Positions 24,541-40,935 of a stretch of 64,000 nt of DNA are shown here, one piece after another. Position 1 is the first letter of the stretch. Each line of letters begins with the position of its first letter. The DNA lies in NCBI RefSeq assembly GCF_009914755.1, contig NC_060929.1. One strand, given 5' to 3'. Source of the DNA: the human T2T-CHM13v2.0 reference genome, Homo sapiens. The notes beneath the pieces were generated by a model that saw only the letters and a program-made list of their open reading frames with translations, ran no database searches and was not told the DNA's origin. Position numbers and translations under genes: made by a program.

Positions 24541-27046
24541 AAGTAACTCAGTTTTGTTATCTCTAGAACTCATCTTTGTGCCCATGTTCTCAGTAAATAT
24601 GTGTTAACGAATGACTTCATTTTTAGGATTTGCCTAAATATCATTTTTACTTTCACTTAAGGGATTATTTTAGTTTCAACTAAAAATTAGAACATTTCCT
24701 TGAAATCCACTCTGTTTAGCAGGCTAGACACAGTTTCTTTCCCCATGCAGGGATTAAACTTGAAAATTGTGGCTTTACTAACCCTGAGGAATTTTTAGGA
24801 GGAGACCAGGCAGGCATCTTATCTCAGTTGGTCTAGACAGTCACCACCTTGTACGTGAGTAATTGGCCCATAAGCTCTTGTCTGATGAGGTGAGATGTTA
24901 TCCTGATAATTTAAAAAGCAAACATACTACCCCCATTACTAAGACAACTCCCAGCAAAAGTAAAGGAAATGTATAAAGAAAAAACAGTAAGGTTATAGAG
25001 GTGTGTGTGAAAACATCTGTTTCATTTCTCATATTCCTTTCCATCCTCATCTGTGGTTATATATAGCTGTGACCATAGAATATACACAGTTTAATGTTCT
25101 GTTTCCTCTTAACATTATTTTGTACACAGTTTTTCATGTTTTTATGGACACTTGATATGTTTCTAAATGAAACAATTGGAGTTCAGTTGATTGTTGCCTT
25201 TCCTGAGAGAGAAATGGAGAGTGTGAAACAAAGGTGTACCTTGAGGGAATGTCAGCATCATCTATTCCTAAAAGGCACGGTCTTATTCTGATGTTGCTAA
25301 ATTTTACTGGAGCAAAAACATTAACAAATGATTTGATTGATGTTTGCAGCACAATCAATGGGATTAAGGTCTTGAGCCACTGAAAAAAAGTTTTCTTTAA
25401 TTAAATACACATCTTTAAGAGATTAGACAGAGTTTTGCTCAAGCAATGGCTCTTTATTTAGAAAAGCTGTTGGGAACAGCTGGAAGGCAGCCTTTCCTTA
25501 TCAACAGGCTTGTATAACTAACCCCAAGTTGTTTGCTAATAAATTTCAGGTCCCTAACACTAATAGGATGAAATAATTTTACATAGAAGGATCAATCTCT
25601 AACCTCTTTTTTCAGAAGAAACTAATCTGACTGGTGCCTATAGGCAATGAGGTGTGTTTAACATATGGAAAGAATTAGACTAAATACCAGAATCTCTTTG
25701 AAGTTTGTGGATGTAGTCTCCAAAGAGAGAGAAGGGCATTTAAAATTAAACTGCACAGAATTATAACAAGCACTTACTACTCATTCTTGGAATGAATCTT
25801 GCTTTGGCCCTAGGCTAAATTGTCTAGATTTGTGCTCCTTTTGTTGGCTTAAAGCCACATTCACTCCTTTTTACAGTGAGAACCAACTGCTTCCTAGCAC
25901 GGTTTTGTAGCTTTCTTTTATGGAGGTTCTTAATTATTTTGCTATTTCTTTCATCATGCAGAGTCATTAATACAAATGTTGATTCAAAGTAAATTTACCT
26001 GCTGGGCCAGCTTACCTGTTAGGAATTAGTGTATTTTATATCATGATCACACCTTACTATACTTATTGTATACAATCAAATCTCCTATAATTTCGCAAAG
26101 GGATACTTATCAGACTTGTGTTCCCAATAGTGTATATCTTTGTGTGGTATCTGTGGTTTTATTTGTGAAAGAACTGCCAAAAGATTGGTCCAGGTTTGTT
26201 TCTGTTTTTATTTATGACTTAAAGAGAGGCATTCGGTCTTACTAGTCACCCAGAGCAGTTTCACTGGATCCCAAGAAGACCTAAGAGGACTGTTAGGTTT
26301 GTAAGAGAAGGACTGTGCTAGGCTGTACTTAGCCATAACTTCAAGAGAAGACCTGTATTGGGCTGGAAACCTCTTTTAAAGATTGGAGAATTCAGAAGAA
26401 ATCTTGTCAAATAAAAACTTATGAAATGCTATCAGTTTCTGGGGCTGAGGCAGGGTGCCTGGCACAAGGGGATTCTACCAGGTTCAAGCTGCTTAGACAT
26501 GGCTGACTGACACCAAATCCTGTACGTGGCTGCTGTTTATTATTGCCAGCCTCTTCCTCCTGTTCCCATCACTAATTCTTGCCTTGCTCCAATGCCCATT
26601 TACCACCTGTGACACTTTGAAGCTGCTCTTGCCCTGGGATAAGTTAGGAAAGCCAGAGTGGGAGAAAAGTCCGAGGTAGAAGTGAGGCGAGATCTCTCTA
26701 TATTTTTGGCAGTATTTTCTAAAAGCCAGGGCTGGGATCAGAATTCAGGCTGCCAGCTGTTACTACTTTCACACTACTAAGTCCTTAAAGTTAAAAATAA
26801 ATTACAAAATCATTCAAAACCATTATGAAGTCAGTCCAAGACACAGCTTCACCAACGATTTCATTAAGTTTAAAAATTCTCTTATCATTCAGTCAACTAA
26901 TGATTACTAAATGTCTTACTAAAGCATGCAGAGTTGAAAAATGTTAAAGAAAGAAATTCTCTGCCCTCTAGGACTTATTAATCTAGTTGTAAGAAAAATG
27001 TTAGGACAGAAATAATTGGAATGCAATACAGCATACATAAGTGAAG

Positions 27047-27577
27047 TGTAGTAGTTGTCTGTTGCTGCATAACAGATTACTAAAACTTAGTAGCTAAAAA
27101 CAACAAAAAACATTTATGGTTACATACACTTTCTGTGGGTCAGGAATTTGAGAGCTACTTAGCTGGTTGGTTCTGGCTTGAGGTCTCCCATAGGATTGTA
27201 GTCGGTGAGCTGGCCAGGTCAACAGATATCTGAACATTCTCTGCGGCTGGAGAATCCAGTTCTAAGCTGGTTCACTTATGCAGCTGGCAAGTGGTAGTCG
27301 CTCTAGGCAGGAAATCTCACTTCCTCAATATGTAAACCTCTTCACAGGTTTACTGGAGTGTCCTCATGACATGGTGGATGACTCTTCTTAGAGTGAGTGA
27401 TCCAAGGGAACATAAGGTGGAAGCCTCAGATGTCTCCTATGATCAAGCTTTGCTTGATCTCCATTGCTGTTGGTGTGTGACTTATTGGTTACACAGGTCA
27501 TATGGGAGGGGATTACACAAAAGAATGAATATCAGGAGGTGGGAATCATTGGGGGCATCTTGGAGACTGGCTGTATG
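27047..27577 (-). mobile_element. MaLR solo LTR, MLT1F-like
   Basis: TCTGTTGCTGCATAACA...CTGTGGGTCAGGAATTTG...CAGGAGGTGGGAATCATTGGGGGCATCTTGGAGACTGG. Confidence 0.8.
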
Positions 27578-27689
27578 AAGAGGCGAAGATCTGCATAATA
27601 ATGGAAAGAAGTGTTGGGATGCCTCAAAGGAAGGAGGCAGAATGTAAAATTGATGGATTTTCAGTAGCTGAGGTTGAGGGAAAGGGTGT

Positions 27690-27930
27690 TGGCTGAGATA
27701 GGGCATCAGGAGCAAAGCAGGGCGGACAGCAGCTGGTGTCAGTGTGTTCAAGGGACATTAATGGAGCAGTGTGGCTGGAGTAAAGCCTGGTCAGATAGGA
27801 AGGGGTCAGGGCCTGTAGGGTCTTGCATGCCAAGCTAAGGAGTTTGGACTTTCTTTGATTATTAGTGATGGGTCTTTGAAGGTTTTTGAGCAGGCAACTG
27901 ACATAATCATTGGCATATTTTAGCTTTAGT
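27690..27930 (-). mobile_element. L2 LINE fragment
   Basis: CAGTGTGGCTGGAG...GCCAAGCTAAGGAGTTTGGACTTT...GAAGGTTTTTGAGCAGG. Confidence 0.7.
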
Positions 27931-29528
27931 TTGTGTATGACCTTTAGGGTTTTGGTGCCCTTCTCGTTTGTTTCCAGTATTATCCAGGTAGTCAGCTCTC
28001 TAATTTCTAAAATTGTGTAACACTTTTGCCCATGTCCCTTGATCACATACTACCTTGTACTATTTAACTTTTCGTGTATTTATCTTGTTATCACAAGTAG
28101 ATAGCAAGGGCTATAGGGCCATGTCTTTATCTGTTTCTATTTCCCCTGCTGTATCTAGCACACTGGGTGCCCAATAACTACCTGCTAGCTGCTTGGATAA
28201 TAGCAGCTAATTGCTACATGTGTGTACAGCCACTGTTTTCGGCCTGTCATGCATAATTTACAGTTAAGCATTTTTCAAAAGAGGGAGCAATTGCAGTGGA
28301 TTCGATTTACGTAAGTGGAAAAAAGTGTTCAGAATCAGTTCTGCGTGCTTGGCATTTGCCATAACATTTTTAGGAAATTTGGAATAATAATTTTATTTTT
28401 AAAAACTCATGGATTATTTTTAGCTTCAAAGAGTGTTCTTATTTTGCGTAAGTTAAACTAATGGGGCAGTACCAGCCACGGAGTGCAGGAAGGGCTGCTT
28501 TCATCTTTGAACAGTGAAAGGCAGCCTCTTTCATGCATATGTTTATGGGATAAAATTCCTTTTTAGGATTTGGGGCAGAGTTTTTTCCCTCTTATGCCCC
28601 TTAGTTTGAATGGAATAGTCATTCATTGTCCTTGTATTTTCGTTGCCCGGGTAAGTATTTCACTCAAGAGATAGTTTCAAGAAAGTTGGAGATTTCTTGT
28701 TTCAAACTAGCAAAGACATTTTTGCTTTTGTCTCTTGAAAATCTCCCTCAAACTAAAAGAATGAAAATCAGGAATGCAGACTGTATCCTTATAAACCTTG
28801 GAGACATCTGTAACCCTGACCCATACAGGACCTAAAGATAGAAAGCAGATGAAGTGATGGCAAATGCATTTGCAGAGAGAAGAAGTGAAGTCAAGAATAA
28901 AATGCCTGCAGGGCTCACAGGGAGAGGACCGGAAGCGATTGATTTGCTCACAGAATGCCAGGAAGGCTCAGAAATGAGAGTTCCCCAGTTCCCCAGAGGC
29001 ATAGGTGAAGCAGAGGCTTTAGGATGGGAGTAGGGGTGGGAAAGTCTGCAGGAGGTAAAGGGGAGCCCCAGAAGGACTTGAGAAGGGAAGTTCCCTATTG
29101 CAGCTCTGGCCCAAGGAGAAGAGCCCATCTAGAATAGAGCTGAAGGAGGAGGGCTCCAGGAGGAGTGTTTCTGGGAGGAGCAGGAATGAAACTGATTAGA
29201 AAAGAAGAAAAAAAGAATGGGCCGTACTGGGTTTGAATTCTTTCTCTGTCACCAATGAACTGTGAGTATGAGGAAATTAGTTAATGTCTTTGGACTTTTC
29301 ATTTCCTTATTTATTAAATAAAACATTATATCATATGGTATTTTGTTATTCTGTTGGGTAAAAGACAGTACAAAACCCAGCAAGTCTACTTCCAGATGTC
29401 TACCCCAAAAAATGAAAACATGTCCATACAAATACTTATAAGCAAGTGTTAATAGAAGATTATACATAAGAGCCAAAAACTGGAAACAGCTCAAATATCC
29501 ACCAATTAGTGAATGAATAATCAATGTA

Positions 29529-29530
<2 letters not shown>

Positions 29531-29575
<45 letters not shown>
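29531..29575. repeat. Perfect (AT)~22 microsatellite
   Basis: Direct reading. Confidence 0.97.
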
Positions 29576-29580
<5 letters not shown>

Positions 29581-29822
29581 AAATACTATTTAGCAATAAA
29601 AAAGAACAAAGTACTGTACCTGCTACAGCATGGGTGAATCTCAAAAACATTGTGCCAGGTAAGATAAACCAGATGCAAAAGGCTACATACTGTGTGGTTC
29701 TGTTCATGTGAAATGCCTGGAAAAGGCGAATCTGTAAACAGCAAGTGATTAGTGGCTGCCTGAGGCTGAAGTAAGAATGGGAATTAACTAAAAATGGCTG
29801 CTGTGGGATGATGAAATGTTCT

Positions 29823-30468
29823 TCTTCTTTTTTTTAAAAAAATAGTATTTATCTTTATCTGTCTGACTTTTATTTCACTTAGCATTATTCCAGGTTCATC
29901 TGTGTTGTCACCAATGGCAGGAGTCCTTTTTAATTTTGTTTTTAAATTTTACTTTAATTGACAACTAAAAACTGTATATACATGTGTGTACAACATGATT
30001 TTTGATATATATGCATGTTGTGGAATGGCTAAATCAAGCCATTTAACACATGCATTACGTCACATCCCTTTTTTTTCATATGTGGTGCCAATACTGAAAA
30101 ATCTACTCTTCTAGTAGTTTTCAAATATACAATAGATTGTTATTAACTGCTGCTACTGTGATGTACAGTAGATCCTTTTGAACTTGTTCCTCCTGTCTAA
30201 TTGAAATTTTATGTCTTTTGAGCAACATCTCCCCATCCCCCAACCTTCAACCTCTAGTCACCTCCACTTTACTCATTTCTGAGTTCAGCTTTTTTACTAC
30301 ACATACGAGTGAGATCATGTGGTGTTTGTCTTTCTGTGCCTGGCTTATTTCACTTAATATAATGTTCTCCAGGTTCATCCATGTTGTCATAAATGACAGG
30401 ATTTCTTCTTTTTTAAGGCTGAACAGTATTCCATTGTGTATGTGTACTATATTGTCACTATTCATTCC
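29823..30468 (-). mobile_element. 5'-truncated L1MA insertion with 17-bp TSD
   Basis: L1MA 3' UTR/ORF2 end (HIHNGILFSLKKEEILSFMTTWMNLE); TSD GGATGAKGAAATGTTCT at 29806-29822 and 30469-30485. Confidence 0.85.
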
Positions 30469-31142
30469 GGATGAGGAAATGTTCTAAAAATTGGATTGTG
30501 GTAATGGTTACGCAACTGTATACATTTACTAAAAATCATTTAATTGTACACTTACAATGATAAATTATATCTCAATAAGGCTATGGGGAAAAATGGTAAC
30601 AAAAGAAGAGTCAAGGGGTAGAGAGGTACAAATGAAACAAGATTGGCAAAATACTGGTTATTGTTGAAGGTGGGTTACAGATGAGAGTTTATTATACTCT
30701 TTCTACTTTCATGAATGCTTGAAAATTTGAATAATAAAAAGTTTTTAAAAGGGCAGTCACATGCATGTTATTGTATGGATGTCAGATAACACTTGCAGCG
30801 CTTTACAGTGGTGGATGTTCTAGGCACTCTTGGGACATAATTTTACCTTCATTGGAACCAAATCCATAGTATATCAATTCACTTTTAACGTGTTAGCTCT
30901 TCCCAATACCTTCTTTTTTTTCTTTTTTTTAAATTTTATTATACTTTAAGTTTTAGGGTACATGTGCACAGTGTGCACGTTAGTTACATATGTATACATG
31001 TGCCATGCTGGTGCGCTGCACCCATTAACTCGTCATTTAGCATTAGGTATATCTCCTAATGCTATCCCTCCCCCCTCCCCCCAACCCACAACAGTCCCCA
31101 GAGTGTGATGTTCCCCTTCCCGTGTCCATGTGTTCTCATTGT

Positions 31143-35009
<3,867 letters not shown>

Positions 35010-35057
35010 TTATTTTGCTCGTTAGTTGATGCAGTTTCTTCCTAGCCTCGATGGTCT

Positions 35058-36074
35058 TTACAATTTGGCATGATTTTGCAGTGGCTGGTACCGGTTGTTC
35101 CTTTCCATGTTTAGTGCTTCCTTCAGGAGCTCTTTTAGGGCAGGCCTGGTGGTGACAAAATCTCTCAGCATTTGCTTGTCTGTAAAGGATTTTATTTCTC
35201 CTTCACTTATGAAGCTTAGTTGGGCTGGATATGAAATTCTGGGTTGAAAATTCTTTTCTTTAAGAATGTTGAATATTGGCCCCCACTCTCTTCTGGCTTG
35301 TAGAGTTTCTGCCGAGAGATCAGCTGTTAGTCTGATGGGCTTCCCTTTGTGGGTAACCCGACCTTTCTCTCTGGCTGCCCTTAACATTTTTTCCTTCATT
35401 TCAACTTTGGTGAATCTGACAATTATGTGTCTTGGAGTTGCTCTTCTCGAGGAGTATCTTTGTGGCATTCTCTGTATTTCCTGAATCTGAATGTTGGCCT
35501 GCCTTGCTGGATTGGGGAAGTTCTCCTGGATACTATCCTGCAGAGTGTTTTCCAACTAGGTTCCATTCTCCCCGTCACTTTCAGGTACACCAATCTGACG
35601 TAGATTTGGTCTTTTCACATAGTCCCATATTTCTTAGAGGCTTTGTTCGTTTCTTTTTATTCTTTTTTCTCTAAACTTCCCTTCTCACTTCATTTCATTC
35701 ATTTCATCTTCCATCACTGATACCCTTTCTTCCAGTTGATCTCATCGGCTCCTGAGGCTTCTGCATTCTTCATGTAGTTCTCAAGCCTTGGCTTTCAGCT
35801 CCATCAGCTCCTTTAAGCACTTCTCTGTATTGGTTATTCTAGTTATACATTCTTCTAAATTTTTTTCAAAGTTTTTAACTTCTTTGCCTTTGGTTTGAAT
35901 TTCCTCCTGTAGCTCAGAGGAGTTTGATGGTCTGAAGCTTTCTTCTCTCAACTCATCAAAGTCATTCTCCATCCAGCTTTGTTCCGTTCCTGGTGAGGAA
36001 CTGCATTCCTTTGGAGGAGGAGAGGTGCTCTGCTTTTTAGAGTTTCCAGTTTTTCTGCTCTGTTTTTTCCCCAT
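35058..36074 (-). pseudogene. L1 ORF1 (RNA-binding chaperone), disrupted by nonsense codons
   Basis: MGKKQSRKTGNSK... stops after 97 aa (35781); second stop near 35557; C-terminal REKG...ARREW...YPA fragment at 35058-35555. Confidence 0.95.
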
Positions 36075-36656
36075 CTTTGTGGTTTTATCTACTTTTGGTC
36101 TTTGATGATGGTGATGTACAGATGGGTTTTTGGTGTGGATGTCCTTTCTGTTTGTTAGTTTTCCTTCTAACAGTCAGGACCCTCAGCTGCAGGTCTGTTG
36201 GAGTTTGCTAGAGGTCCACTCCAGACCCAGTTTGCCTGGGTATCAGCAGCGGTGGCTGCAGAACAGTGGATTTTCGTGAACCGCGAATGCTGCTGTCTGA
36301 TCGTTCCTCTGGAAGTTTTGTCTCAGAGGAGTACCCGGCCGTGTGAGGTGTCAGTCTGCCTCTACTGGGGGGTGCCTCCCAGTTAGGCTGCTTGGGGGTC
36401 AGGGGTCAGGGACCCTCGTGAGGAGGCAGTCTGTCCGTTCTCAGATCTCCAGCTGTGTGCTGGGAGAACCACTGCTCTCTTCAAAGCTGTCAGACAGGGA
36501 CTTTTAAGTCTGCAGAGGTTACTGCTGTCTTTTTGTTTGTTGTGCCCTGCCCCCAGAGGTGGAGTCTACAGAGGCAGGCAGGCCTCCTTGAGCTGTGGTG
36601 GGCTCCACCCAGTTCGAGCTTCCTGGCTGCTTTGTTTACCTAAGCAAGCCTGGGAA

Positions 36657-37148
36657 ATGGCGGGCGCCCTTCCCCCAGCCTCGCTGCTGCCTTGCAGTTT
36701 GATCTCAGACTGCTGTGCTAGCAATCAGCAAGACTCCGTGGGCGTAGGACCCTCTGAGTCAGGTGCGGGTTATAATCTCTTGGTGCACCGTTTTTTAGGC
36801 CCGTCGGAAAAGCGCAGTATTAGCGTGGGAGTGACCCGATTTTCCAGGTGCCGTCTGTCACCCCTTTCTTTGCCTAGGAAGGGGAACTCCCTGACCCCTT
36901 GTGCTTCCCGAGTGAGGCAATGCCTTGCCCTGCTTCGGCTCGCGCACAGTGCGCTGCACCCACTGTCCTGTGCCCACTATCTGGCACTCCCTAATGAGAT
37001 GAACCTGGTACCTCAGATGGAAATGCAGAAATCACCTGTCTTCTGTGTCGCTCACGCCGGGAGCTGTAGACTGGAGCTGTTCCTAATCAGCCATCTTGGC
37101 TGCCACCCCCAGTACCTTCTTAGCAGGAACTTGAGAAAATCATGGTAA
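36657..37148 (+). CDS. L1 antisense ORF0, open for 163 aa and running out of the element into flanking DNA
   Basis: ATG at 36657 (GAAATGG, strong Kozak), ~450 nt from the L1 5' end; MAGALPPASLLPCSLISDCCASNQQDSVGVGPSE matches primate ORF0; TAA at 37146-37148. Expression is not shown by sequence. Confidence 0.7.
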   Translation: MAGALPPASLLPCSLISDCCASNQQDSVGVGPSESGAGYNLLVHRFLGPSEKRSISVGVTRFSRCRLSPLSLPRKGNSLTPCASRVRQCLALLRLAHSALHPLSCAHYLALPNEMNLVPQMEMQKSPVFCVAHAGSCRLELFLISHLGCHPQYLLSRNLRKSW

Positions 37149-37409
37149 TCACATCCTCAGAAAGAAGGTTAAATTTGGTTCAGCGTATTCTCTTTAAGTG
37201 TGGTACATTTTAGAAAGGGTAAAATTACAATGAGCTTTACTGCTTTACAGGAGAATCTTCAATCTTTAAAAAGTAGACCATCTAAAACAAATGTTATTTG
37301 TAAAAGCACTGAGTAATGGAATTTTTTTGCATGTCCTTGCAACTTAGAAACGATATTGCATTCCTGACTCAGTCTATTATCAAAGCATATAAAAGAGTGA
37401 TAGTTACCA

Positions 37410-37600
37410 TTTTTTCTTGCTTACTATGTACTTCTCTAAGGATCTGTTTTCCAGTCTCATAATTAACATTCTTAAAAAGGTAGTTTTTTGTTCCCGTTTT
37501 GCAATGAGGAGGGTTGAGGCACAGAGAAACTGAATAACTTGCCTGAGATCCAGCAGCTAGTCACTGTTAGTGCTGGCTCTGCTTGACTCTACAGGCTATG
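37410..37600 (-). mobile_element. MIR SINE
   Basis: CCCGTTTTGCAATGAGGAGGGTTGAGGCACAGAGAAACTGAATAACTTGCCTGAG. Confidence 0.7.
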
Positions 37601-37899
37601 CTGTTACCCCTTTATGGTTGCATTGGAACATATTTTTCATTAAAAGCCTTTTCCCCACAAATTTCAGTTTAACCTATGTGTTATGCTTTCTTTATGGAAT
37701 CTATGTGAGGTAGGTGAGAAAGAGGAGGTGATATTTTCCTAGAGGGAAGAATTGCAGGTGCAGATGGGAGTTAAAGGCAGTGACCATCTCCGAGGCACAG
37801 TTTTAGGGTGCCTCACACTAAAAGCATTACAAGTGGGCCCCAAGCTTTGATTTGAAGGTAGTGGAAACAGTTGTTTGCAATTCAGAATTCAGATCCTTA

Positions 37900-38490
37900 T
37901 TCATTGGCAAGATTATCATAAGTCTCCTAACCAGTCTCCCAGCTTCCGGTCCATTCCTGGACTTGCCACCCAGTTGCATTACTTCTTATGTAAAAACCCT
38001 CAATGAAATGGCCTTACGTTCCTACAGATTAAAATCTGAGCTTCGTAGTTTGGTGTTCAGAGCTCTTCATGTCTTCCTTCATGCTGTTTTTCTATCCTCC
38101 CTTCTATTGTTCCCCATTGGGCACTCTATGCTTATGCCATCTAGAATATTCCACAATTCTTACCCCTCTGTCAGTTGGCTTGTTCCCAGTGACTATAATT
38201 CCCTTGTCCGCCTTCTTTACTGGCCAGATCCTATTCAGTCTTCAAAGCCCCAAATAAAAAAAAATCATCTCCTATGGGAAGCCTTCTCCAGTCCTCTCTC
38301 AGCAGCAGCAGCTGCTTCTTTCCCTGGGTTTTCATGACACTTTCTGCACACCTTGATTATATGTGGTTTTGCCATTATTTATATGCCATAGCTCCTTCAG
38401 GCTGGAGACATTGGAGTCCCATCTGTATCTCATTACTCAGGTCTGAGTCTAGCACGAGGTAGGCCCTCAGGGAATATGGGTGGAATTAAC
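37900..38490 (+). mobile_element. L2 LINE 3' region
   Basis: TCTCCTAACCAGTCTCCC...AAAACCCTCAATG...GAAGCCTTCTCC...CTAGCACGAGGTAGGCCCTCAG. Confidence 0.6.
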
Positions 38491-40935
38491 TTTTTTGTAG
38501 AACTGTGATTTATGATTTTTGAAATGAACAATCTTAAAGATAGAAAATAAAAATACATTTAACAAGTCATCTTTATGTGAAAAAAACAACCAGGAATCAA
38601 CCTGGAAGTATTAAGGCACATATTTGTAGTGGACCAGAAACGCAGTCCTATTTCTTAGGATAAAATATATTCCAAGTGCCAACCCAGATACTGAGGATAT
38701 TCCCACTATACCTTCCCTACTCCAAGATCTCATTTAACTTTTTTGTATTGGGGAAGATATGGGAGAAATGAAAGTCTAGGAACTAGAGAGGTGTGAAACA
38801 GATGTTCCTAAGAATTTTCTAGTTTATCTTCAGGAATGAAGGTACCACTTTGATTACATAATTTCCAAGGTCCTGTCATGCTCTGAAATAGTTTTAGTTG
38901 TTTCAGTCCCCATCTCTTAGCAAATAAGGGAGGAGTTGGTTATTCACTCACCAGATATTTTGAATCATAGGACCATTATTTAGTTGTCCTAGTTGGGGTC
39001 AGGCTAACTGGCCAGTGCATTGAACTTGACCTTCAAACCACCTGTTGAATTTGGTTTTAAGGTATAGCTTCCCTGTAACTGCTCACTGGTACTTTATGAG
39101 ATAGAAGATCTGTGCTCTCAAGGGTGACAACCTCAAGAAACTTACATTCCAAGAGAGAGAATCCAGAAATATGGACATCCTTTTATTAGAGAAAATGATT
39201 TCTAGAGAACACTAAATAGTTTTTTTCTCCTCTATTTTTAGTATGTTTCCTGCTAGAATCCCATTTTCTCCTCTGCTTCTAGTATGTTTTCAGCTAGTCA
39301 CTGGGTAAATGTAAAAGTAAAAATTCACCTGTCTTTGGGAAGGATGTTTTGAAAATGATTTATTTTTCTCTTGAGAATTGGCTCTGCTGAACTGTCAAAT
39401 TATTCACCTTTATCATATTGAATAACATCATCTTCTGCCACTCCTTTTACCCCACAGTCTTTCAGTGGACATTTCGTGAGCTCATCTGGAGGGTGTTGCT
39501 CACTTGACCATCATCTTTTCATTAGGTTAGCTGGATCAGTGCGTTAATTTCCATTCATAATTAACACTTAAAGCTTATGACCTAAGATCGTTCACCTGCC
39601 AAAACAAGCAAAAACACCAAACAGCAAACTCTCTTATCATATGCTGAGATGAAAAGGAGAATGCTTTTTATATATTCCTGGGCTTTCTCTCTGCCCTAAT
39701 TTTGCATCATTGTTGAAGGAGAGATGCTTCCTAATTGAGATTTCCCATTCCTGAGTGGAGACATTATTGCGAATTGTTACGCAGTCAGCCATTAGAAGTA
39801 CAATTTCTGCCGTCATTCATTTGATTTTATCATGTGTTAGAACTTTGCTTGGAAGGACCTTTCATGTCTGACACACTCTTCAGCTCCTCCTCCCTGTTAG
39901 AAAGACTCCCTTCATGTGCCTAGTGCCCTGAAAAAACCACACACTAGGAAATGAGGAAACCAGAGCCTGGTTTCCCCACAGATTCCTTTAGGGGAGCAGC
40001 TATGCAGCCAGTGTAAACATTCCAATTCAATTAGAGATAACTTCTTGGTTTTCCATTACCCATGCCAGTGAGGTCATGAAGAATATGCTTACTTTAATGA
40101 GTACTGTGTTTTGTTTAAAGTGTATGTCATCTAGAAAATGCTCAGAGTTTGGAAGTCAGAGGCTTGGGTCCCAGTTAATGTTTTGCCACTGACAACATGT
40201 TATGCAGAAGGTGTTTCACCTCCTTCCTTCTCCCTCTGCTGTCTCATTCCTGGTACAGTATGAGCAGTGCTGTGTGCTCTGTAATGGGCTCAGTTAGATG
40301 GACCTGTGCCTCTTGTGGGTCAGTAAAGCTACATACCTTGACTTGCACCTCAGAGCTCTCAAAGGTTGGTGACAGGGCTTTTGCTTCCCTTATCATTTGG
40401 GTAGAAGTGGGTGTAGTAGATTCAAAAAGATGTGTAATGGCATATTAACCGGAAAGGTTGAATGCTTGCTTCAGACAAGTAGAACATAAAATAAAAACAA
40501 GTTGAATTCAAGTAGAAGTTTCATGCAGTAACCATGAGCAGCAACACAAACAACAGGGAGACAGAGAGAGCCTCTTCCAAGCAGGGCCACACAGATTCAT
40601 GAGATGGTTCCCCTTCCCAGTTCTTTAGTCACATTGTTTAAGTGAACCCTATAGTAAGAAGTAAATATGAAACAGCCACACTTAGTTTCTAGAACCTTGT
40701 GCGATAGCTCCCCACTATTGTAAAGGGGTGAAATATTTTACCTAAGTAAACATACCCGGTAAGTGAGTTCTAAATGTCAGTATTTGAATGGAGGTTTTCT
40801 CAGCCTTTTCTCCCTCTGTCTTCTGAGTATAAATGGAGTGACTGCCCTCCTGAGTCTCCTTTCTTATGGCTTGAGCGATCTTTCTACGATACAGATCGGA
40901 TCCTGTCATTCCCCAGCTTGAAATTCTTTCTGATT

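Larger units (their letters stand above)
29370..30750 (+). mobile_element. Old L1MD/ME 3' region (29370-29822, resuming 30469-30750) interrupted by an L1MA insertion
   Basis: TACCCCAAAAAATGAAAACATGTCCATACAAA...GCATGGGTGAATCTCAAAAACATT; resumes GAAATGTTCTAAAAATTGGATTGTGGTAATGG. Confidence 0.75.
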
